Shown here: piece by piece, positions 8,393-17,235 of the stretch
How the letters are laid out: each line of letters starts with the position of its first letter
How positions within the stretch are numbered: the first letter of the stretch is position 1
NCBI RefSeq assembly: GCF_051097895.1
Contig: NZ_CP142525.1
Coordinates: 1,950,001-1,982,000, forward strand
DNA from: Psychrobacter sp. HD31
GTDB lineage: Bacteria; Pseudomonadota; Gammaproteobacteria; Pseudomonadales; Moraxellaceae
DNA: 32,000 nt
Direction: 5' to 3'
Notes under the pieces: generated by a model
Databases searched by the model: none
Told to the model about the DNA's origin: nothing
What the model saw: the letters and a program-made list of their open reading frames with translations, nothing else
Translations under genes and position numbers: made by a program

Positions 8393-9868
8393 TTATATTT
8401 TTTTTGTTAAGGCGTCAATGGCTATTTGATAGGGTTCTTTTTTAACTGTTAATTTTTTGGCTTGGTCATTTGGTAATACTTGTTTAGGGTCAATACCAGC
8501 CTGCCCTAACAGTAGTTTTAACTTATCGCTTGGTAAACACACGGTGATGACTTCATGCCCAACGTCATCATAGGTTTTGGCTTCAACCACGTCTAGCTCA
8601 TACAACTCATTTTTAAACTGCCCAGCATCAAAGGGGAGTGTGATATCAAAAATTTCTAGTTTGCCAGTTAACCTTTGTTGCACGGCAAGGATGAGTTCAT
8701 CAATCCCTAAATTTTGTTTTGCCGAAACATAAACCCTGTTAGGGGTGTCTTTACTTGCATAACCAATATGAGCAGGCTCACCAGTGGTATCTATTTTATT
8801 AAATACGTTTAGGACAGGTACGTTGTTGTCTATTTGTGCGAGTACCTGTTTTACTGCATCAATCTGTTCATGCATATCCTCACTACTGGAGTCGATGACA
8901 TGCAAAAGTAGATCTGCCTCTAAAGTTTCTTCTAAGGTGGCGTGGAAGGACTCGACTAATTCATGTGGTAAATGGCGCACAAATCCCACGGTATCAACCA
9001 AAACAACTTTACCAACACCTGCCCAGTTTAAACGGCGTAGGGTAGGGTCAAGTGTTGCAAATAGTTGGTCGGCAGCGTAAATATCCTCATCACAAAGGCG
9101 ATTAAATAGGGTGGATTTCCCCGCATTGGTGTAACCAACCAATGAGATGGTTAGCACTTCTGACTTTTGTCGTTTGGAGCGTCCCTGAGCACGAGTTTGC
9201 TTTACTTTTTCAAGCTTGGTTTTTAGTTGGTTAACGCGAGTTTGCAACAATCGGCGGTCAGTCTCTAGCTGGGTTTCGCCAGGTCCACGCAAACCAATCC
9301 CCCCTTTTTGCCTTTCAAGGTGCGTCCATCCTCGAACTAAGCGTGTTGATAAGTGATTGAGCTGAGCTAGTTCAACTTGCAACTTGCCTTCATATGTACG
9401 CGCACGTTGGGCAAAAATGTCTAAAATAAGCCCTGTGCGGTCAAGTACTCGGCATTTTACTAAGGACTCTATATTACGTTCTTGTGAGGGCGATAAACTG
9501 TGATTGAAAATGACAATATCGGCATCAACTTCTTGAACTAATTGCGCAATCTCTTCGGCTTTACCAGAGCCAACAAAATATTTTGCATCAGGCTTTAGGC
9601 GAGAGCCAGTCACTAATGCCAAACGCTCTGCGCCTGCTGAGTCAACCAGTAATTCAAACTCGGTTAAGTCGTCTGGGTCAAGTATTTTTTGGATGTCGAG
9701 ATGCACTAAAATTGCTTTCTCGCCACCTTTATGCCTGTCAAAGTATTCCAAATAAAATCCCTTAAGATTGTCAGTATCAAACACACTAGCGTGTTTGTTG
9801 ATGTATAAGAGGCGTTGTGGGCCACTGTTATTGACATGAATTGTAACAACTAAAGGATGCTTTGTCAT
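8393..9868 (-). CDS. hflX: GTPase HflX
   Basis: HflX N-terminal domain plus G-domain motifs GYTNAGKST (G1), DTVGF (G3) and NKID (G4). The longest ORF (ATG 9868) has no Shine-Dalgarno. An in-frame TTG at 9751, preceded by AAGGGA plus 6 nt, gives an N-terminus (EYFDRHKGGEKAILVHL) matching E. coli HflX, so the true start may be 9751. No hfq lies upstream and no hflKC downstream. Confidence 0.9.
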   Translation of the reverse strand: MTKHPLVVTIHVNNSGPQRLLYINKHASVFDTDNLKGFYLEYFDRHKGGEKAILVHLDIQKILDPDDLTEFELLVDSAGAERLALVTGSRLKPDAKYFVGSGKAEEIAQLVQEVDADIVIFNHSLSPSQERNIESLVKCRVLDRTGLILDIFAQRARTYEGKLQVELAQLNHLSTRLVRGWTHLERQKGGIGLRGPGETQLETDRRLLQTRVNQLKTKLEKVKQTRAQGRSKRQKSEVLTISLVGYTNAGKSTLFNRLCDEDIYAADQLFATLDPTLRRLNWAGVGKVVLVDTVGFVRHLPHELVESFHATLEETLEADLLLHVIDSSSEDMHEQIDAVKQVLAQIDNNVPVLNVFNKIDTTGEPAHIGYASKDTPNRVYVSAKQNLGIDELILAVQQRLTGKLEIFDITLPFDAGQFKNELYELDVVEAKTYDDVGHEVITVCLPSDKLKLLLGQAGIDPKQVLPNDQAKKLTVKKEPYQIAIDALTKKI

Positions 9869-10059
9869 TGTTTTGCAACTGATATGTCACTTATTCGTCA
9901 TTAAGTTTGAGGATGATATAGTCAAATCAATATGGGGTTTGGACAGTTGTTTATGTCGGTTGCTTATATCGGTTGATAAAGAGACGTATCAATTAAATGT
10001 ATCAGTCGGTAGAGGTATAAACAATGATTGAAATATAAATCATGTGAATAAAATAAAAG

Positions 10060-10830
10060 GTGCCAATCATGTCTTCCATGTCTGCAGATTCTCTGCTATC
10101 TAGTAATGATGTGAATGAAGTTAAAATAAAAAACAAAATAAATACGGTGATTATTGACACGCAATCTCGCCAGTTTGATAACCAAGCGGAGCAGCTTTTA
10201 TTAAAAGCGCAAGAGCTGCGTACAAACTGTTTTAAAGAGCAATTTGGTGTTGTGTTTGATAATGACCTAGATGCTGATCGTTATGATGAGGCATGCTTTC
10301 ATTTAATTTTGCTAGATGGCGAAGAGGTCATTGCAACTGCACGTTTGTTAGATAGTGACAGAGCAAATTTGTTAGGGCGTTTTTATAGTGATAGCGAGTT
10401 TGACCTGCAAAACTTTTTGCGCGATTATCCTTATCCAGTTCTTGAAATAGGGCGTACGTGCATCGCCAATAACTATCGAGGTGCCAGTGTGTTAATGCAA
10501 TTGTGGCAAGGTATTGCGCAAGTGGCAGAACAAGTAAAGGCTAATGCATTTATGGGATGCTGCTCGATACCAATTGGTGCAGGGGATGTTAACGCATGGC
10601 TAGCAAATTTAAAAGGAACACCAAAAATTGATATTCGTCCAAAACATCGTTTGCCTCTATCGCTGCTTAGCCAGCCACCTGTTGTTCCCTCTTTATTAAA
10701 TATGTATTTACGCATGGGGGCAAATGTGGCAAGCCATGCATGTTTTGATCCAGACTTTCACTGCGCTGATGTGTTTGTGTGGCTTCCTTTTGAGCAGTTT
10801 AATCCTCGTTATCAGCATTTTTTGAGATAA
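10060..10830 (+). CDS. GNAT-family N-acyltransferase, OlsB-like (lyso-aminolipid synthase)
   Basis: 256 aa. The pattern AQELR…F…DxDxYDExCxHLIL…ATARLL…LEIGRTCI..NYRG resembles the OlsB / PF13444 family. It sits directly upstream of a PlsC-type acyltransferase, like olsBA. Confidence 0.65.
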   Translation: MPIMSSMSADSLLSSNDVNEVKIKNKINTVIIDTQSRQFDNQAEQLLLKAQELRTNCFKEQFGVVFDNDLDADRYDEACFHLILLDGEEVIATARLLDSDRANLLGRFYSDSEFDLQNFLRDYPYPVLEIGRTCIANNYRGASVLMQLWQGIAQVAEQVKANAFMGCCSIPIGAGDVNAWLANLKGTPKIDIRPKHRLPLSLLSQPPVVPSLLNMYLRMGANVASHACFDPDFHCADVFVWLPFEQFNPRYQHFLR

Positions 10831-10963
10831 TTTAGAATAAATATCTTTGGTTTATTATGTCAACTTTGATAAAAATTGATATTCAATTAGCCTAACAACA
10901 TCAATTTGTTATAAACTATCCGCTTAGTTAAATGTATAAACAATGGTTCGTTAAGAGGAAGGC

Positions 10964-11761
10964 ATGGCTAATTGGATAAAAAAAGGGAAGATGTTTACGT
11001 CGGTTTCTGGTGTGGTAACAGGTGGCTTTAAAAAAGCTTATCAGATAGGTGCTTTTAAAGAACCGCCAAAAGATATTTTACCTAAATATATCCAAACTTT
11101 TTGCCGAAAAACTTGTCAGTCTTTTAATTTAGAGGTTGTACAGCTAGAGCCTGTGCCTCAAACACACGGTTTATGGGCATCAAATCATATTTCTTGGTTA
11201 GATATTCCCGTTGTGGGGAGTGTCAGCCCATGCTTCTTTTTGTCTAAAGCAGAAATTGCGAATTGGCCTGTTGTTGGTAAGCTTGCTAAAGCAGCGGGAA
11301 CCTTATTTATTGAGCGTGGTTCTGGTGATGTTGGATCGGTTGGTAATCAAATTGCAGATTTTATGCAAGATGGTTCTTCTGTGGTGTTTTTTCCAGAAGC
11401 GACTACGACCAGTGGACACAAAGTTAAAAGGGTTTATGGCAAACTTTTACAGGCGGTTATGCAAACAGGGTTGCCAATTCAACCAATCGTCATTTGTTAT
11501 GTTGGTGCCGATGGTAACATTAGTGATGATGCCGCCTATTTTGGTAATATCACCATGAAACAAAGTTTAGATAAGGTATTAAAAGCGGGTAAGATTACTG
11601 CTTATGTCTTACCACTTGAAGCAATCTATCCAGAAGATAAAACCCAAAAAGAGTTAACAGAGATTTTGCAAGAGCGTATGCAAGCAGGTTTGGTGCGTTT
11701 GCAAAAACAAGTACTTAAGACTCAGCCAGCAGATGCCGTTTGGGATGAATACGATGTGTAA
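10964..11761 (+). CDS. PlsC-family lysophospholipid/lyso-aminolipid O-acyltransferase, OlsA-like
   Basis: 265 aa with acyltransferase motif I NHISWLD (HX4D) and motif III FPEATTT. It is co-oriented 133 nt downstream of the OlsB-like gene. Confidence 0.7.
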   Translation: MANWIKKGKMFTSVSGVVTGGFKKAYQIGAFKEPPKDILPKYIQTFCRKTCQSFNLEVVQLEPVPQTHGLWASNHISWLDIPVVGSVSPCFFLSKAEIANWPVVGKLAKAAGTLFIERGSGDVGSVGNQIADFMQDGSSVVFFPEATTTSGHKVKRVYGKLLQAVMQTGLPIQPIVICYVGADGNISDDAAYFGNITMKQSLDKVLKAGKITAYVLPLEAIYPEDKTQKELTEILQERMQAGLVRLQKQVLKTQPADAVWDEYDV

Positions 11762-11777
11762 CTTGTATTGCCCATTT

Positions 11778-11811
11778 AAAAAAAGCACCTAAATTTTTAG
11801 GTGCTTTTTTG
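11778..11811. terminator. Bidirectional rho-independent terminator between the acyltransferase gene and dps
   Basis: Stem gcacctaaa (11785-11793) / tttaggtgc (11796-11804), with an A-run before and a T-run after. Confidence 0.8.
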
Positions 11812-11838
11812 ATTAGGGTGTTAGGTACTTTGGCTTAT

Positions 11839-12309
11839 TTAGCCTAAAAATGCATTATACATCCATACCATTTTTTCTTGTTCGCTGGTATAGCCAGCAA
11901 CTAAATCGGTTGTACCTTGGTCACCTGCGTTTTCGGCAATATCAGCCAGTATGCGTTGCTCTTCAATTAACGTTTGCAAACCAGAAACAACGCCAGAGAC
12001 ACATTTACGCCCTTCAAATACATTTTTATGTTCAGTAATGCTGGCGTTTATCGCAAAGTCACTGTAGGCATGCAGTGGTGTTCCGCCCACGGTAAGAATA
12101 CGTTCTGCAATTTCATCAATTTGAGTCTGCAACTGAGTGTAGATTTCTTCAAACTGAGCATGTAACGCAAAAAAATGTTCGCCTTTCACATTCCAATGAT
12201 AACCTCGCACATTGGTGTAAAAAACATGGTAACTAGAAAGTAGGGCGTTTAGTTTGTCGATAACTTGTGCTACTTGGTTTGATGATAAGCCGATTTGGTT
12301 AGTTGTCAT
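11839..12309 (-). CDS. dps: Dps-family DNA-protection / ferritin-like protein
   Basis: 156 aa with YHWNVKGEHFFALHAQFEEIY and DEIAERI ferroxidase-site contexts typical of Dps. Confidence 0.9.
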   Translation of the reverse strand: MTTNQIGLSSNQVAQVIDKLNALLSSYHVFYTNVRGYHWNVKGEHFFALHAQFEEIYTQLQTQIDEIAERILTVGGTPLHAYSDFAINASITEHKNVFEGRKCVSGVVSGLQTLIEEQRILADIAENAGDQGTTDLVAGYTSEQEKMVWMYNAFLG

Positions 12310-12446
12310 GTTGATAGTCCTTGTACTTGTTTAAAACAGATTAATAACAGAGGCATACCTCTTGTCGATTTGTGTAAACTATCATAACAAGGCTTTTTTG
12401 TTTTAAAAAACAAATCATATAAATATCTATGTTTTATTTTACTAAA

Positions 12447-13394
12447 CTATTTAATCAAAACATACTCTAACTCTATTTGAGGGTTAATACTGGTTAATAG
12501 CTGGCAGGTGTTGTCTTTTTGGCTCAACTTGGCTACTTTTTCTACCATCATGGCTTTTGTGATATTTTGCCAGTTTTTCCCTTGCATTCTTCTAAAGTTT
12601 AGTGCCACTTGCAAGGCAGGTAAGCTAGGATTAAAAGCGGCATTTTCGGCATATCTCCCGGCAATTATACTACCATCTGTAAAGGTTAACGCGACTCCAT
12701 TTTTATTATCACTATATGGGGCATGACTGGTTTGGCATGCTTCTAACGCCATTTTTTTGCAATCATTTTTAAATATTTTGTTGTTATGATACTCACTATG
12801 GTCGTTAACATCGTCCAATATTTTTTGAGAGATGCCTAAGTCGGTGCCGCTAAAGTCATCAGGCAAGTAATCGTTAAGAGATTTTTGTGTTGGACTGACC
12901 TCATTTGGTAATACAATTTTAAAGTCTTTAGTGAGCCTTACCTCGTTAATAAATTGACGACAATGTCCACAAGGCGGGTAGTTGATGAATAGCAAAGAAA
13001 GTTGTTTTGCACCTCGCATCCAAGCGTGTGAAATGGCACTTTGCTCAGCATGTATGGTTTGTCCGATGTGGCATCCTGAAAACTCAAAGTTTGCGCCTAA
13101 ATAAACATTGTTTTGATCATCAAAAGCCACCGCTCCAACTTTAAAGTTGGATATCGGTGCAACGGCATAACTTGCGGCAAGCGGTAATAACGCTAATCCA
13201 AGTTCGGTTTTGTTGAGTTTGGTTTGTGTTAGTAAGGTTTTTACAAAGGTGTTTGGTAAAAAGGCAAAGCCATCAGTTTGTTGTTTAGGTGGCAATTTAT
13301 TGGTATTAAAAATAGTAAGGTTTGCTTGAAACAAGTCTTTCAATTTTTGGGGTAGGCACTCTAGTTTTGTCTGAAGATCAGTTTGTATATTCAT
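12447..13394 (-). CDS. cdd: Cytidine deaminase (two-domain, E. coli type)
   Basis: 315 aa. HAEQSAISHAW and PCGHCRQF zinc motifs, plus the C-terminal pseudo-CDA domain SGSYAENAAFNPSLP-like (AGRYAENAAFNPSLP), match E. coli Cdd. Confidence 0.92.
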   Translation of the reverse strand: MNIQTDLQTKLECLPQKLKDLFQANLTIFNTNKLPPKQQTDGFAFLPNTFVKTLLTQTKLNKTELGLALLPLAASYAVAPISNFKVGAVAFDDQNNVYLGANFEFSGCHIGQTIHAEQSAISHAWMRGAKQLSLLFINYPPCGHCRQFINEVRLTKDFKIVLPNEVSPTQKSLNDYLPDDFSGTDLGISQKILDDVNDHSEYHNNKIFKNDCKKMALEACQTSHAPYSDNKNGVALTFTDGSIIAGRYAENAAFNPSLPALQVALNFRRMQGKNWQNITKAMMVEKVAKLSQKDNTCQLLTSINPQIELEYVLIK

Positions 13395-13560
13395 TTGTTT
13401 GATATTAAAGTTGTTATTATAAAATTATTTATGGTTTCTTAACTGGTTTGTTAAGGTCGTTTATCATACAATACGCATTTTATTGGGTTAAGTTTACGCC
13501 TTTATTTGGTGACCTTCAATACCACTATTTTTTTATGTAATTTTTTAGGAGAAAAGCCTA

Positions 13561-14844
13561 ATGAGTATTTTAATAAGTGTGCTTGGCATGATAGTTTTAA
13601 TTGCCATTGCCTTATTGATGTCAAACAATCGTCGTTCTATCAATCTGCGTACTGTTGTTGGTGCTTTTGCATTACAATTTTTAATTGGTGCTTTTATTTT
13701 GTATGTGCCAACGGGACAAAAAGCGTTAGGTGCGATGTCATCTGCTGTTGCCAAAGTTTTAGAGTTTGGTAACGCCGGCATTGAATTTTTGTTTGGTGGG
13801 TTAATGTCAGACAAAATGTTTGAAGTATTCGGCGGTGGTGGTTTTATCTTCGCCTTGCGTGTTTTGCCTGTTATTGTTTTCTTCTCGTCATTAGTGGCAG
13901 TACTGTATTACTTGGGTGTCATGCAGTGGTTTGTTAAACTGATTGGTGGTGGGTTACAAAAAATCTTGGGGACTTCAAAACCTGTCTCTATGTCTGCCGC
14001 GGCAAATATTTTTGTTGGGCAAACTGAGGCTCCACTTGTGGTTAAGCCATATATTTCTCGTATGTCTGAGTCTGATTTGTTTGCGGTAATGTGTGGTGGC
14101 TTAGCGTCTATTGCAGGTTCTGTCTTGGCTGGCTATGCTGGCATGGGTGTGCCATTACCTTATCTTATTGCAGCCTCATTTATGGCAGCGCCAGGTGGCT
14201 TGTTATTTGCAAAACTCATTATGCCAGAAACTGAAGAAGTCAAAGAAATTGAAAACTTTGAAATTGCCGAAGATGATACGCCACCAGCCAATGTGCTTGA
14301 TGCAGCGGCAGAAGGTGCAATTACCGGTATGCAGATGGCAATGAATGTGGGTGCCATGCTGATTGCGTTTATTGGTTTGATTGCCTTATTAAATGGCATT
14401 ATTGGTGGTGTTGGTGGTTGGTTTGGTTATGGCGAAATCACCTTACAACAAATTTTAGGTTACATTTTTGCTCCGCTTGCTTGGGTGATTGGTACGCCTT
14501 GGTCAGAAGCGCAAACCGCAGGTTCTTTAATTGGTCAAAAAGTGGTTGTAAACGAGTTTGTTGCTTATGCAGAGTACACGAATCTATTAAAAGAAGGTAC
14601 CGTTGTGTTATCTGATAAAACTCAAGCCATTATCTCATTTGCTTTGTGTGGCTTTGCCAACTTAAGCTCTATTGCTATTTTGATTGGTGGTTTAGGGGTA
14701 ATTGCCCCAAATCGTCGTCATGACATTGCTCGTCTAGGCATTAAAGCGGTTATCGCCGGGTCTTTATCTAACCTAATGTCTGCAACCATTGCTGGCTTAT
14801 TCATTGGCTTGTCTGGTGCCGCTGCTTTGGGTGTTGGTGTTTAA
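13561..14844 (+). CDS. nupC: NupC-family concentrative nucleoside transporter
   Basis: 427-aa polytopic membrane ORF with NupC/CNT-like segments ([23 protein letters not shown]). AGGAGA Shine-Dalgarno upstream. It heads the deo cluster. Confidence 0.88.
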   Translation: MSILISVLGMIVLIAIALLMSNNRRSINLRTVVGAFALQFLIGAFILYVPTGQKALGAMSSAVAKVLEFGNAGIEFLFGGLMSDKMFEVFGGGGFIFALRVLPVIVFFSSLVAVLYYLGVMQWFVKLIGGGLQKILGTSKPVSMSAAANIFVGQTEAPLVVKPYISRMSESDLFAVMCGGLASIAGSVLAGYAGMGVPLPYLIAASFMAAPGGLLFAKLIMPETEEVKEIENFEIAEDDTPPANVLDAAAEGAITGMQMAMNVGAMLIAFIGLIALLNGIIGGVGGWFGYGEITLQQILGYIFAPLAWVIGTPWSEAQTAGSLIGQKVVVNEFVAYAEYTNLLKEGTVVLSDKTQAIISFALCGFANLSSIAILIGGLGVIAPNRRHDIARLGIKAVIAGSLSNLMSATIAGLFIGLSGAAALGVGV

Positions 14845-15051
14845 AGATTAGGCAACTAAAGTAATGTTTGATTAGATTGTATATTTGGTGAGTGTCAATA
14901 AATATAACATGTCTCACCATAACGTACTGAGTCAAAGCATACCCAATATCTAACATAATATAATTTTTTTGAAGTTTCGGAACTTATGAGTAATGTCATG
15001 AGTCCCGAAACTTTATACAATTTTAGCGAAAAGAAAATAACGGAGAATAAA

Positions 15052-15831
15052 GTGACAGAAGCAACTAAAGAATACGCTTTACAGGCACTTAGCATGATGG
15101 ATTTAACCAGCCTAAATGAAGATGATACAGAACAGGCTATTAAAGAGTTATGCGCAAAACAACAAAACAACTTTGGGCATACCGCAGCTGTGTGTATTTA
15201 TCCTCAGTTTATTAAAACGGCTAAACAAGCCCTTGCAGATAATGAGGCAACTGATGTTAAAGTTGCAACAGTAACCAACTTTCCGCATGGTAATGATGAC
15301 ATTGCCGTTGCTGTAAAAGAGACGATAGAAGCCGTTGAGGCAGGCGCAGACGAAGTAGATGTTGTTTTCCCATATCGTGCATTGATTGCTGGCAACGAGC
15401 AGGTAGGTGCTGAGCTTGTAAAAGCTTGTAAAGAAGCTTGCCAATCAGCAGGTGCAACGTTAAAGGTGATTATTGAAAGTGGCGAGCTAAAAACGGCTGA
15501 GCTAATAAAACAGGCGAGTGAAATTGCCATTGCCAATGGGGCGGATTTTATTAAAACATCAACCGGTAAAGTGGCGGTTAATGCAACTTTAGAAACAGCA
15601 GAAATCATGCTTAATGCCATCAAAGCAAGTGGCAAACAGGTTGGTTTTAAGGCCGCAGGTGGTGTGCGCAGCAGTGAAGACGCAAAAGCCTATATTCAAC
15701 TTGCCGAGCAAATAATGGGGGCAGATTGGATAACGGTTGATACCTTCCGTTTTGGTGCATCAGGTTTGCTAGGCAGTTTATTAGCAACGTTAAATGATGA
15801 AGCACCAGCAGAAAATACGGCAAGTTATTAA
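15052..15831 (+). CDS. deoC: Deoxyribose-phosphate aldolase
   Basis: Near-collinear with E. coli DeoC ([43 protein letters not shown] active-site Lys context). The ORF-track start is ATG 14986. The GTG at 15052 with GGAG 6 nt upstream gives 259 aa, the same length and N-terminal register as E. coli DeoC, so I prefer it. Confidence 0.92.
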   Translation: MTEATKEYALQALSMMDLTSLNEDDTEQAIKELCAKQQNNFGHTAAVCIYPQFIKTAKQALADNEATDVKVATVTNFPHGNDDIAVAVKETIEAVEAGADEVDVVFPYRALIAGNEQVGAELVKACKEACQSAGATLKVIIESGELKTAELIKQASEIAIANGADFIKTSTGKVAVNATLETAEIMLNAIKASGKQVGFKAAGGVRSSEDAKAYIQLAEQIMGADWITVDTFRFGASGLLGSLLATLNDEAPAENTASY

Positions 15832-15899
15832 TAAACAAATCGTGTGTTTAACAAAATTATATCCATAATCAAAATGATCAATTAATGAGGTGAGTTTCC

Positions 15900-17216
15900 A
15901 TGCTAATTCAGGAAATTATTAAAATTAAACGAGATGGTGGCGAGTTATCTGCCAAGCAAGTACAAGAATTTGTTAAAGGTGTGACAGAAGACACCACCAG
16001 TGAAGGGCAAATTGCCGCTATGTGTATGGCAATCTTTTTTAATAAGATGAAAATTGCCGAGCGTACCCACCTAACCACAGCCATGCGTGATTCTGGTCGG
16101 GTATTACAATGGGCAGATGCCAATTTAGATGGTCCTATTGTTGATAAACACTCAACAGGTGGGGTCGGTGATGTGGTATCTTTGATGCTGGCGCCGATGG
16201 TAGCGGCTTGTGGTGCTTATGTACCTATGATTTCTGGTCGCGGCTTAGGGCATACTGGCGGAACACTAGACAAACTGTCTGCAATTCCTGGTTTTGATAC
16301 CTTCCCTGATCCAGATAAACTTAAACGTATTGTAAAAAGTGCAGGTGGCGTTATTATCGGGCAAACACCAGACCTAGCCCCTGCTGATAAACGCATTTAT
16401 GCAACACGTGATATTACCGCAACGGTTGAATCTATTGATTTAATTACCGCGTCTATTCTATCTAAAAAGCTGGCAGAAGGCTTAGATAGCTTAGTAATGG
16501 ATGTAAAAGTTGGTAATGGGGCGTTTATGCCAACATATGAAGACTCTGTTGCTCTAGCTAAGTCAATTGTTGAAGTTGCTAACCATGCAGGTTGCCAAAC
16601 TACGGCATTGCTAACCGATATGAATCAGGTGTTAGCAAGCAGCGCTGGTAATGCGATTGAAGTACGTGAGGCAGTACAGTATTTGCGTGGTGAAAACATC
16701 AACCCACGTTTACATGCGGTTAATATGGCATTATGTGAGCAATTGCTGATTAATGGTAAGTTAGCAAAAGATAAAGCTGATGCCAACGCGCAGCTTCAGT
16801 CTGCGCTTGATAGTGGTAAAGCGGCAGAATACTTTGCTAAGATGGTAACTGAGCAAGGTGGACCTGCTGATTTTGTTGATAATTATGACAATTATTTGGT
16901 TAAAGCAAATGTCATTAAACCAGTATTCTCATCAAATGTAGGTACTTTGCGAGCCATGGACACCCGCAGTGTTGGTGTGGCAGTGATTGGACTGGGTGGT
17001 GGTCGTCGTGTGGCAACAGATGAGATTGACTTAAGTGTTGGTTATGACGAGATTTTACCGCTTGGTACAAAAGTTGAAAAAGATACACCGCTTGCGGTTA
17101 TCCACGCTAAAGATGAGCAAAGTTGGCAAGCCGCAGCAGATGCCTTGTTAAATGCTGTCACGATTGATGAAGGAACTTATGAACCAACGCCAGAGATTTA
17201 TGAGGTTGTTGAATAA
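15900..17216 (+). CDS. deoA: Thymidine phosphorylase
   Basis: 438 aa. The N-terminus [14 protein letters not shown]…[14 protein letters not shown] and [10 protein letters not shown] match E. coli DeoA. Confidence 0.93.
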   Translation: MLIQEIIKIKRDGGELSAKQVQEFVKGVTEDTTSEGQIAAMCMAIFFNKMKIAERTHLTTAMRDSGRVLQWADANLDGPIVDKHSTGGVGDVVSLMLAPMVAACGAYVPMISGRGLGHTGGTLDKLSAIPGFDTFPDPDKLKRIVKSAGGVIIGQTPDLAPADKRIYATRDITATVESIDLITASILSKKLAEGLDSLVMDVKVGNGAFMPTYEDSVALAKSIVEVANHAGCQTTALLTDMNQVLASSAGNAIEVREAVQYLRGENINPRLHAVNMALCEQLLINGKLAKDKADANAQLQSALDSGKAAEYFAKMVTEQGGPADFVDNYDNYLVKANVIKPVFSSNVGTLRAMDTRSVGVAVIGLGGGRRVATDEIDLSVGYDEILPLGTKVEKDTPLAVIHAKDEQSWQAAADALLNAVTIDEGTYEPTPEIYEVVE

Positions 17217-17235
17217 TAAAACTGGAGTAATAAAG

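Noticed and set aside
9950-9975. Canonical Pho box upstream of the OlsB-like gene
   Set aside because: The repeat period is 13 nt and the half-site is TGTCGGT rather than CTGTCAT at 11-nt spacing. It is kept as a generic direct-repeat finding, not called a Pho box.
12340-12360. OxyR/Fur-type operator upstream of dps
   Set aside because: Only a short 5-bp hairpin (agagg-cata-cctct) and AT-rich palindromes are present. There is no convincing match to the OxyR tetranucleotide spacing or to a Fur box.
13506-13814. 88-aa (+) and 89-aa (-) ORFs overlapping the nupC start region
   Set aside because: They overlap the well-supported NupC N-terminus in other frames or on the other strand, are Cys/Phe-rich, and have no ribosome-binding site.
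15204-15635. 143-aa antisense ORF inside deoC, and similar antisense or alternate-frame shadow ORFs (3896-4210, 6901-7278, 8784-9080, 11211-11558, 17943-18308, 20639-20947, 22815-23102, 26410-26989, 31550-31984)
   Set aside because: All lie entirely within strongly supported conserved genes, have Ala/Ser/Leu-rich shadow-frame composition, and have no ribosome-binding sites. They are typical antisense or alternate-frame artefacts.
17152-17235. Upstream extension of the phospho-sugar mutase ORF overlapping deoA by 65 nt
   Set aside because: The ATG at 17236 follows the deoA stop by 19 nt and has a GGAG Shine-Dalgarno. The extension has no similarity to phosphohexomutase N-termini.
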